Assembly: GCA_028534125.1 (NCBI GenBank)
Contig: CM052817.1
Location: 33,048,001-33,112,000, forward strand
DNA length: 64,000 nucleotides
Reading direction: 5' to 3'
Source of the DNA: Lama glama
Lineage: Eukaryota
In this document: one piece after another, positions 53,531 to 64,000 of the stretch
Numbering within the stretch: the stretch's first letter is position 1
Layout of the letters: each line of letters begins with the position of its first letter
Notes under the pieces: model-generated
Seen by the model: the letters and a program-made list of their open reading frames with translations, nothing else
What the model was told of the DNA's origin: nothing
Database searches by the model: none
Program-made: the position numbers and the translations under genes

Positions 53531-54422
53531 CCATTTTGCAGATGAGGAAATAGAGAAACAGAGGCAACTCAAGTTCTATTCTAGGCGATGCAGTGTAAGA
53601 AAGAAATATTTGTTTAGTAACCTTAAGACTTTCAGGCATTATTAAGTATTAATTCAATAAAAAGGATTTCTGCCTCTTCAGATTCTCTTCTTCACACCCC
53701 TAAATGGATGCATTCTTTACAGCTCTGCCTTCAGCCCTCTTCTCACTCATTCTACCTTCTTTTCCTGGATGATCAACCTTACATTATATTTCCTTTAGAA
53801 ATTCACAACTTAGGTGCCATCATAATCACTAGGTAACTAAATTACCAATCTATTTTCCACTTCTGGAAATCATTACCCCAGTTACATGTTTCCCAACTAA
53901 GATGATCAGGGAACAATCCTACAGACAGTGTATTCCACCCCTTCACCTGGCAGAATACTCTTCCTATGCAATTGTATGACCACTGGTCATTATTTTTATA
54001 ATGTGTTTTATCTGCCCAGGAGACAATAAATAATTTTATCACATGATACCCATCTCTTACAGAACACCTTGAATTTCATAAACAGTATGTTTCATATAAA
54101 TCATTTCATCTAATTGTCAAGTTAGCAGGTAACAGAATACTCCTTTTGAAGGCAGAGAAACAGATTCAGAAAAGTTAATTAACTTGATCATTTGAAAACA
54201 AGACACTATTTTTTATATTTCCTGTCCCCTACAAGGACCTAATTACATAGTATGCAACTTCATAAATATCTTTAAAATTAATGAAAACAATTTTCTACTA
54301 CCTCTAAATCTGGATAATATATAGAGAAAATTTCAGCAAGCTTTCCCCTCTTCTGTTGATTCCAATGGTCTCCAGAAAACTATGCTGATGTTGTACCTCA
54401 AAGAATACAACACTCTTTTAAA

Positions 54423-55690
54423 CAATGGTTCTCAAAGGTGTTCCATGGACCCTGGGTCCTTGAGGCACTTTCAGGCAGTCAGAAAAGTCAGAACCATTTT
54501 CTCAATAATACAAAGATGCTACTTGATTCTGTTACTGTCCTGTATTTGCACTGATGGTACAAAAACAGGGGTGGGTAAAAGTGCTGGCGCCTTCGCACCA
54601 ATCAAAGCAGTGGCACCAAGTTAATACAAGCAGTCAGTTTCACTTCAGAATGACCATGATGAAAATGAAAATGTTACTAATTTTATCAACTCTCAGCCCT
54701 TCAAAAAACATCAATATTTGGTGTAAAGAAATGGGAAATATACAAAAAGCACTTCGGGTGTATACCAAAGTACTACAATTGTCTTGAGGAAAAAGCACTG
54801 GTGTGATTGAGATATGAACTGCTGCTCACACTGTTTTAATGGCATAAAATTTTTACTGGAAAAGATAACTGAAAAACTATGGTTCTTCATACTTTTTTCC
54901 AAAAAAAAGAATGAAGTGAGCCTGTGACTCACTTCAAGGAAACCACTAACAGTTTGTATTGTCAATGACAAAACTCAAGTTTTCATTTGAAATTATAATT
55001 TTAGAACATTTGTATCTGCCCCTATATCTTTATATTACTATTATGTAAAGATTTTCAAATAAAATCAGTGGGGATATCAACAAATGTGGTTTTGTTATAT
55101 TGTATAATATATAGTGTCAACATTTGGGAAATCTGCATAATTTAGAGAAACAATATTGTCCAAATGACTAATGTACAATACTATAAAATAACATGTGTGT
55201 AAAAGATCCACTCAAAGTAAAAGAGAGACCAATAGGTTTTAATGTAACAGAGTATGGGAAATTCAATGATATGGTTTCATATTCCACATTGTAACTAACC
55301 CATAAGAAATTACCTCTCGTAAAATTGGTGTAGTATCAAAGAATATCTGTAATTTTCTGAATAGTTATTAAAATACTTCTCCCTTTTTCAACTACATATT
55401 TTTGTAAGGCCAGCTTTTCTTTATACACTTTATTCAAAATAATATATCACAACAGACTGAATGAAAAAGCAGATATGAGAATACAGCTGTCTTCTATTAA
55501 ACCAGACATTAGAGATGTGCAAAAATGTAAAATGGTGCCACTTTTTTCACTACATAATTTTGTTTGAGAAAATAGTTATTTGTCCAAAAAAAGTTATTCA
55601 TGTTAACATGTAATAGGTTTATTATACTATTTTATATTAAGTAATAAATATTTTCTAAATTTTCCCTGCTTGAATTCCTAATGTGATATT
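54423..55690 (+). mobile_element. Charlie1a-like hAT transposon, right terminus missing
   Basis: Left TIR 'caatggttctcaaag'; 3' part 'gaatacagctgtcttctattaaaccagacatt' shared with the Charlie1b at 17919. Confidence 0.85.
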
Positions 55691-55828
55691 TTCTATCTCT
55701 CTCTCTATCTACTCATGCCTCCCATTGACCAAACCCAACTGAGAGGCCAAGGATAGAAAAGACTGCTGAGGCAGAACATAATGGTTAGCCTCCAGAAGCA
55801 CAAATAGAGAAGGTTGGAGAGGATGTGG

Positions 55829-55964
55829 AAGAACAATCCAATGAGAAAATTTCAGTCAAAAATAACAAAGACCTGGATCTACAGAAGTTCCTGCTGGGGA
55901 ATGGGGAGTAGGGAGGAAGAGCAATTTGAGTTGATGGGTGAAGCGTGAAGCATGAAGCTAGAAG
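55829..55964 (+). repeat. Direct duplication copy 1
   Basis: Matches 56979-57107 with 5 substitutions and one 7-bp indel. Confidence 0.96.
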
Positions 55965-56179
55965 TCAGAAAGATCTAGATAAATAGTATGCTAAGGAGTT
56001 TGGACATCATCTTGAGGCAACGGGGAACCCTCAGAGGATTTTAGACAGGGGAATGGTCCATTCGTATCTGTGTTTGTAGCTCTGTAGCTGCTCCTCCCAC
56101 CCCTAGTGGTTTGATTCCTCGAACTAGAAGGGGGCCTAATACAGACATCAGACAGACCTGGATTGTATTCTGGCTTACT

Positions 56180-56741
56180 TGCTGTATGTCTGGATCCATC
56201 AGGGCCCATGCAGAGGGCAGAAAACACACCAGTTATTTGAGCAGAGAAAATTTAATCTGCAGAATTGTTAACTGGGTAACTGAAAGATAAGAAGAAACCT
56301 CCAAGGTATCATGCAGGTAGCAACTGCTGGACGCAGCTATTACCAGTAGGGTGGGGGAAGCAAAGGGAAGAGGTTAGAATTACACCTCTGAGAACGAAGT
56401 GCTACTAGCTAGGCTGGCACCTCTGAGGAGGGGGTGCCGTGAAGCTGGTTCTGTGAGTATTGCAAGAACCACAAACCGGATTCAGCTGCTGCCACAGGAA
56501 GGACCTGTCTGCTGGCATGATCCTCAGAAGCAGAAGCCAAGTTCACAGGAGGCAGACAGGAAGGGGCAAGTGGATTTCCCCACTTCCAGCCTTGCAGTTT
56601 CCGTATGGCACCCCTTATCAGGATACCCTACCAGGGAGCCTGCTGAAAGAGCAGAAATGTGGTCTGCAGGGTCCCAGCCCCAGCATCACGGAGCACAAGA
56701 GTGGGTTTAGATCTGAGAGACAATGACTTAACAACTGGCAC
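56180..56741 (-). mobile_element. LTR41/LTR78-like ERV LTR
   Basis: Minus strand begins TGTGCCAGTTGTTAAGTCATTGTCTCTCAG...TGATGCTGGGGCTGGGACCCTGCAGACCACATTTCTGC. Confidence 0.65.
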
Positions 56742-56744
56742 AGT

Positions 56745-56905
56745 AATCCTGGAAAAGAAACTTAACCTTGAGTATCAGTTTTCCCTGTCTGTGAAATGGG
56801 CGGGGGGGGGGAGTACCAAATTCACAAGACTACTGGGAGGATTAAATGAAACAAACTATGTAAAATGTGTTATACTACCTGAGACAAAGTAGCTATTCAA
56901 TAAAA
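56745..56905 (+). mobile_element. MIR SINE
   Basis: 'cttaaccttgagtatcagttttccctgtctgtgaaatggg...gaggattaaatga...tatgtaaaatg'. Confidence 0.75.
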
Positions 56906-56978
56906 GACAATTCCCTCCCCCATTCCCCAAACTGTGGCAAAAGCTAATACATAAAGACAGGGGTGTATGAGAGGCAAT

Positions 56979-57107
56979 AAGAACAATCCAATGAGAAACT
57001 TTCAAGCAAAAATAACAAAGACCTGGATCTACAGAAGTTCCTGCTGGGGAATGGGGAGTAGGAAGGAACAGCAATTTGAGTTGATGGGTGAAGCATGAAG
57101 CTAGAAG
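56979..57107 (+). repeat. Direct duplication copy 2
   Basis: Partner of 55829-55964. Confidence 0.96.
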
Positions 57108-60100
57108 ATTTTCTTATCTTTTACACTTATCACATATCAAATGGGACATTGGGCTTATTAGGTTTTAACCTATCTGTTTTGCAAAGTTTAACAATCTCCA
57201 CACCCAGTTCTCACACACACATATACACACACATGTTCCCCTTAATCCCCCCAAAAATTCTCCATAATGAAGGCAAAAGATATAAATGTGATCAGAATAC
57301 AGCTGTTATTCAGCCAAAACTAGATGAACTCAAGTACCAATAATAGGAAGCAGAATCCTCTCAATGTTGAAAAACGTATATATCAAATAAAATTTTAGAG
57401 TGTTTTTTGATTTATTGCTGCTTTTCAAAGCCAGTACTGCTAAACTGTAAAAGAAAAAATGATAGTGGGTGTGGCATTGGTGGGGAGCAAAAATCACAAC
57501 TTTCACCTGGGGCTTCATTAAGAGAAGTATGGTGTCCAAAAAGAGGCAAAGAACAAGACAACATCTTTATTCAGCTCTGGACATCACACTTTAGGACAGA
57601 CATTAACAAAGTAGAGCTTTGTCAGTGGCTCAGAACTAGAAAAAAATGTGATGGTTAAAGGTGGGAAAGGCTTGTCTTTTCACAAATGGTTGAAAGAACT
57701 CATTATACCTACTTTGGAAAAGAGAAACTGATGGTGATTATATGGAACTGACACTCCAGTGCCCCCAAACGAGGAGAGTAAGGCAAGAAGCTGTGTAACA
57801 TAATGGATCAGATCATCATCTGGAAATGTAACTCAAGAGATTTTCCTGTACAAGTGTGTCCACAGGGGTTTGGGAATCCCAAATACCACCAAGGTGATTT
57901 GGGGAGGTGAACAGAGTCAAGGAAGAGGCAATAGAATGTAATCATAACTAAGCTGAAAATGGAAAAACTATTTAGAATTTTGCTTAAAGAGTATGTTATC
58001 AAAAGGGAGACATTCAGTATAAAGACTATAAAAGATAAATTAAGTGGAAAGAATGAATTAGTACATTTCCCAGAAAGGGGAAAATCATCTAACTTGATTT
58101 GTTCTGATTTTACTCTCATCAAACAACCTTCCTATAATATGGTTCCCATGTAGATTTTCCTACAGATAGAACATAACTGCAGCACATCTGCTCCAGTTTG
58201 CTTGATAATCATAACCTTCGCTCTGCTTGGAGTTTCTTTCTCCTTCAAACTTCCAGGAAATGGGTATTTTCACTGTTTTTACAGATAAATAAATTGAAAT
58301 CTGGCTAAAAAGTGACAGAACTGTGATTCTCCTTCATGTGTAACTGACTTTACATTCCATCACAATCCGGAACGTCTAAGGTCACAGAAAACCTAGAGAG
58401 ATGTATAAGACAGTAGTGATGGTCTGGTAGCGAATACTGCAAAGAACTGAAAAAGAACTGAGGCCTGAGAGAAATGCTTATATATAGCAGTCTAGGAGAC
58501 TTTCCGCAAAGAAGTGTCAGGAGCCAGACTACACTAGATTAATTAGCAAGAAAATAATAAAGAAATAGAGGTGTCAAGCATAGAATGCTCTTTCAAAAAA
58601 CCTGGCTGCAAAACAAAGGACAGTGTCATAAAGAGATCTGTTTCACTTTGGCCCAAACAGGATCTTTCTGCCAGCCATTATGGCCATTCTGCAGAGAGAT
58701 ACGGGACAAACTGGTGAAGATCCCAAACCACAGGGTTGGTCCAGAGGAACAGATTCTCTGTAAAATGAAGAGACTGAGATGGGCACCCTCTACTCACTTC
58801 TTCTGTGAGTCAACATTTTGGGTCCAAACAGATGGGTTTCTTACAGTCTATTTTTCACTTTCAGAATACATTTTTTCATGATGAAATGCCAGTGGGAAAA
58901 ATACAGTTCAGTTTACAATGTTTTAAAAAATCACTTTTCTGGAACATATCTATTTAGCTAACTGACAATTTAATAACAAGCTCTGGGAAAGAAGGCATAT
59001 GTTTATATGGGAAATGATAAAATGAATTTTGTTCTTTCTTTCAGCAGTTAAACTTTTCTCCCCTAAGAGAATGATGTTTATTTCTCTTGGTGCTCACGAT
59101 ATTTTAATATGAACTTACCTTTTACTAGGAAATTTTATATTTAAGATCTGAGGTTTCAATCATGGGATCCCTCCCAGTGAATTTAAATATAAAAAAATCT
59201 TCAATCTAGAATTAAAATATCTGCTTAATGTCTCAAAAATACCAGAAGGCTCTATTCCAGTCAGAAAAAAATGTGTGCTTCAGTAGAATTTATAGCAGGG
59301 GTTGAGAGAACAGTGCATAGTTTAAAGTACATTTCATAGTTTTAAATGCTGCTAGAAAAAGCATTCCAGCCATCTAGGATATCAGAACATAATTTTTTTT
59401 ATGATAAGCAGTTTTCAAATATCAATATTTTATTATGTTTAAATTCCAGCTCTTTTCCTTACTGTTCATGGTTATGTATCTGTTAGCATACAGAAATGAG
59501 ACATGCCAGAAATTCTGACCCGTGATATGAAGCAGAAATAAATAGCCACAGTGCGTTATCTTTTACTAAATTACAGTTGGCACATGGATAGAGTGTGATT
59601 TGGGCCAATCTTTTTGGTCCTTCTTACAACAAAAGTTTGCTAACAATTGCCTGATTCTTTCCTTCTTCTTTTTTCTCTCCTCACCCTCCCCCATGTCTGG
59701 AGTTAGGGGATAAATCAAACCATCTTATCTAAATTTTTTTTGGTCGACAGAAAACTCAAATATTTAAATTGAATTCCTTATGGGGTTACCCACTTTTTTT
59801 TTTCTCTTCTGTCTCTGATCATTTTTAAAAGATACAGACCTTTAGAAATGTAAAGTGTGTTGATCTTTCAGGAGTCCTGCACTGAGCAATAAAAATTGAT
59901 TTATGCTCTGTGACAGCATCATAAGGTTTTATCACTGAAATGCAATATAAATTAACCTTATCACCCAGACCCTTTGTGCATTCCTACTTTTCTTTATGCA
60001 CAATATGAATTAGTTCTTATTTCAACATATTCATGGATAAGGAACTTCTTAAGGTTAACACACTTGTTATTAATGTGCACCTAGAACTGTAGAAAGGAAA

Positions 60101-60324
60101 GAAAAAAGAAAAGAAGGAAGTGAATGCAGGGAGGGAGAAAAAGAGAGAGAGAGAGAGAGAAGGTAAGAGAAACTAGAACTATAGTCAAATGTCTGGGTGG
60201 TCTCAAAGTAACAACTTTATTTCTATTCCAAAACAACATGAAGGACTTCTGGCAATGGTTGTATGGAATTAAGATGATTTTATAAATAAAGAGCATATTC
60301 TCTTACATCAGAACTCTAGATTTA

Positions 60325-60500
60325 GCAGATGTACAGCCTCAGACAATTTAATTTTTCTCTATTCCAGTTTCTTTATCTGAAAAATGGGATACTCACAGTA
60401 CCTATCTCATAGAATTACTCTGAAGATTAAGTAAGATAACTCATGTAAATAGTTAGAAGAAGACCTGGCACATTGAAAGTGCTCAATAAATTTTAGTTAT
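60325..60500 (+). mobile_element. MIR SINE
   Basis: 'cagtttctttatctgaaaaatgggata...acctatctcatagaatt...cctggcacattgaaagtgctcaataaa'. Confidence 0.8.
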
Positions 60501-62034
60501 TTTCACTTTTCTTATCATCCTTCATGTTCCTTTAAGTCCTCATATATTGTCACCTAACACATGGAAAGTTATGATTTTTTTCATATTATGACTCTGTAAC
60601 TTCTTTCCTTCTAGGCTCATCCACATTCTTTTACTTCCAAAATTTTGTTCTTCTAGTAACTTGACAGTTTTTTTTTTTTTTTGTACTCACAAGTAATCAG
60701 GAACTTGGGCTAGGAATGTCAGCCAAGAAAAATTTCCTCATCTAGTAAAATGTACTCATATTTATTGGATACCTAACAGTAGATTATAAAAGAAATCTAA
60801 TGTTTAAAATAGATAAACTTTTATAAGTTTCCAGAAATAAATTCTTCCTATTCACCAGATTCAATATTCATATTTAAATATTTCCATATTAATAAAATTA
60901 TGTAATTTTAAAAAGCAAAACACCAGATTCCTTTTCTCAAATCAAAACATTAGTTCTCTGATTTTTTAATCAAAAGAAAAAAGCCATTTAAAGCTTATAT
61001 TCCTGCAGACCCATTCTTCTTAATACTGAAGACAAAGCCACATGTGAAAAAAAAAATGAGAAATGAGAAAAATGATGTATGTGATGCCCTGGTGAAGAAG
61101 GGGTAACACTGGTGCGACCAGACAATCCGCAGACCACTCTAAGGGTGAGGGGCTGGGATACAACATGTCCATCTGCTCAACTGATTTGTCAACATAGTCC
61201 TTCATTCATCAATTCAAAAACAATAAAGATCTTTTATCCACAAGTGGGGAAAGGGGGTTAAGAAAACATGAGAGTAGGGAGGAGGAGTGGAATAGAATGA
61301 AGGGGAGGGAGTTCAGACCAATTTTGATAGTTCTAGATCAAATAACTAACAGAAGGACTCTACAAGCGAGGACTCTCCCGGGCTTCCCAAAGTTGAGCCT
61401 AAGAAAAGAGGTCATGGCTGAGCCCCGAGGGCATGTGTACAAATTCCTTCCCTACTCTTTCAACATTGACAAATGTCTTTAATACTTTTACTTCGATGCC
61501 ATGCTGGCTAGGTTGGCCCACAATTCAGAGCAGGCTTAAATGAACTTCCTCAGAGCTGGCAGTCACTGCCTATCCCAGTGAAGCCATAACTTACCCATAC
61601 TCATCTTGATTGGCAGGTTTTCTCTGCTTGCTGCTTCCACTAGATGTCTCCGGACTTCCATCACTGCCTCTTTGTGCCTGGTGTTCAATAAAGCTTCCCA
61701 CAGGGCTTTAGCTGCGGGGTCACTGCAATAAAACCACAAAAAGAGCTTCAGAGTACATTTCTACTAGATAATGAAAAGGATGGCAAGCAAAATAATTTCT
61801 TAAATTTATCTATTTTGAGCATGAACGTAATCTTTCCTACTGACAGATTCTAAGTTATAGGGTTAAATAAAGAATAGCTAATCCATTTTAATCAGCACAA
61901 AATATTAAGATATTAAGGAGACAATAAAATCAAGCCAAAAAAAGGGGTAGGCAGAGGAGCTAAACAATGCTACGAGAAGTGTGGGAAAACTGTACAATAA
62001 ATTTTTTTGAGAATTTGCTTTTAAAAGTATTTCA

Positions 62035-62238
62035 TATACTGCATAGTACAGGGAACTGTACTTAATATCTTATAGTAACTTATAATGAAAAAGATCATGA
62101 AAAGAAATATATGTATGTATATGTATGACTTAAACATTATGCTGTGTACCAGAAATTGACACATTATAAACTATACTTCAATTTTTAAATAAAAGATTAA
62201 AAAAAATTCTCATCAGAGAGAACACTGTTAGAAAAGAA
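62035..62238 (+). mobile_element. 5'-truncated L1 3' end with 12-bp TSD
   Basis: TSD AAAAGTATTTCA at 62023-62034 and 62239-62250, at a TTTT/AAAA endonuclease site. Confidence 0.92.
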
Positions 62239-63129
62239 AAAAGTATTTCAGAATATGATTGAACATTGCTAGAGTAATATATAAATGTTATATAGCCATA
62301 AATTAAATACACATCCAGAAATGATGTATCACTGATTAAAAGCATATGAGTCTTAGATAATATACTTGTCTGAGAAATATAAAGCAATCTGCAATGAGAA
62401 TTCCCATTCAAAAATTACTCAGTAGAATTCCTAATGAGGAGGTTTCCTAGTGAATGAATATCAGGAATTAGGCTAAGTAACCATGGCCTTAAGTAGCCCA
62501 CTTTGGGCCGTAGGTTGGAAGGAAGGCACTGCTGAAGCCTTTACAATTAACCGTTGATAACAGCACGAAGCACTGCATTATGCATGGTCTCATCTGGGCT
62601 CACTTCTCCAACAGCCCTCTGTCTCACCCAACATGCCACATCCCAGTTATCAATGAGTACAGTGTTCTTTCCGGAAGAGCTCTGCATGGAGCCAAGTATA
62701 CACATCTGTAGTGACGTTTTACAAACTGAGTATAAAGGAACAAAGATGACTGTGTCCCTTTTTTAAGGATATTTTCCTCCACTTAAAGCCCCAGTAACAT
62801 CTCCCACTATCCAGTTAGCAATAGTTTGAAAATCAATGCATTTTTAAACGTTTAGTCTTATAAGTTGTATCTAACAAGATATTAAGTTTAGCTTTAAAAT
62901 CAAACCTAGTAAAGTATATCTTTCATGTTTGAATTTGATTTGGAATAATGGAATAATGTACTTCAGAATGAATTTAACGTCTGGCACATAATAACCTTTC
63001 ATTAGCTAAGTAGTTGTTTTTATTATAATCTATTTTTTCTGAGTTGAACTAATATCATTGCTCAACATATTTCACTTATTTTGATCTGATCAAAACTGTC
63101 ATCATTAATATGAAAATTAATATTTTAAG

Positions 63130-63725
63130 TTTAATTTAAATGAGCATGTAAACTACATGCCAAGCTCTATTCTCAGTGGTTGGCATATAGAAAAAAAAAA
63201 AGGCACACGATTTCAATAATTTATTGTCTGGAAGAAGAGGCAAACATATAAGCAAAGAAATTAACAACAACAACAAATGTGTGGTAAGAGGCATGGTCAA
63301 TGCTAGCATAGATTTCTCTGATAGCCCAGAAGAGGGGCTCCAATCCTGGCTGGGAGGGGAGGGACCCAGAGAATGATCTCTACTGGAAATGACGAGCGAG
63401 TACGCAGATACCAAAGCAGCCAAGGGAAGAAGGTATAACTCAAACTAGAAAAGAGAATGGTAAGGAAAGTCTTCACAAAAGATAGGAAATCTTAGTCACA
63501 AGACAAGAGGAAGAACATTTCAGAAGGTGCACGGTCTAGGGACATACTAAGGAGCACTGTTTTGCTCCAGGCTAAGGTGCAAGGGGAAGGGCAGCAGAAG
63601 TGAGTGCCAAAGAGAAGGTGGAAGCTACTCTAGGAGGGCCCTGCATTCCTTGCCAAGGCTCATAGTCTTGGGTCTGCAGGCGATGGGAAGCCAAGGAGGG
63701 TGTGATTGATTTCACATTCTCAGAA
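63130..63725 (-). mobile_element. L2 fragments
   Basis: 'tgagcatgtaaactacatgccaagctctattct...aggcgatgggaagccaaggagg...tgattgatttcacatt'. Confidence 0.55.
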
Positions 63726-63789
63726 GCGTAGCACAGCTCAGCAGTCACAAACAAAGTCTTTATCATCTTTCAAAACTAGGTCTACATTT

Positions 63790-64000
63790 CTATGGGGAAT
63801 CTAAAAAATAATACAAATAAATCTATTTATACAACAGACACAGACTCATGGACATAGAAAACAAATTTATGGTTACCAAAGGGGAAAGGGAAAGGAGAGA
63901 GGAATAAATTAGGAGCATGAGATTAACAGATACATATTACTATTACTTAGTACTCATGTATAATTACACATATATTACTACTATATATAAAATAGATATG
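63790..64000 (+). mobile_element. L1 3'UTR fragment running off the window end
   Basis: 'ggaatctaaaaaata...cagactcatggacatagaaaacaaatttatggttaccaaaggggaaagg...ataaattaggag'. Confidence 0.92.

Larger units (their letters stand above)
1..64000 (-). other. NCOA1: Intronic/5'UTR region of a large minus-strand gene (tentatively NCOA1); no coding exon in the window
   Basis: Several minus-strand acceptor/donor-bounded unique segments and no recognisable CDS. The exon end ...GAAGAGCTTTTTCACT|gtaagt and the ~20 kb spacing to the next candidate exon resemble my recollection of the NCOA1 5'UTR. Not verified. Confidence 0.4.

Noticed and set aside
56590..56625. CTCF site carried by the LTR41-like element
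   Set aside because: The motif is degenerate here (CTGATAAGGGGTGCCA on the minus strand).
1..64000. CRISPR array, operon or other prokaryote-type novel system
   Set aside because: Clearly mammalian repeat-rich DNA; no regularly spaced repeat-spacer structure or gene-dense coding region.

Overview
Mammalian, AT-rich, repeat-dense DNA with no convincing protein-coding exon. Two tRNA-derived SINEs of the camelid Vic-1 type and cetartiodactyl-type L1 3' ends point to a camelid genome (alpaca or camel). The window looks like long intronic/5'UTR sequence of a minus-strand gene. It has several candidate non-coding exons (6122-6212, 20889-21035, 25969-26158, 27474-27725) and a CpG-retaining, promoter-like patch at about 6.0-6.5 kb. 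My tentative host-gene guess, from memory of the human 5'UTR and unverified, is NCOA1. Repeats include a decayed near-full-length L1 (40.55-45.88 kb, spanning a 500-N gap), short L1 3' ends, MER21, MLT1 and LTR41/78-like LTRs, Charlie1a/1b, Tigger6a, MER81, MER104, MIR and L2. All repeat family names are recalled from consensus sequences and need a Dfam/RepeatMasker check. The most unusual structures are: a young 281-bp inverted duplication (18379-18659 vs 20114-20394, 4 mismatches) fused to an L1 3' fragment; a roughly 130-bp direct duplication (55829-55964 vs 56979-57107); and a TSD-bounded L1 insertion with an apparent 3' transduction (62023-62250). I see no evidence of a novel multi-gene system.
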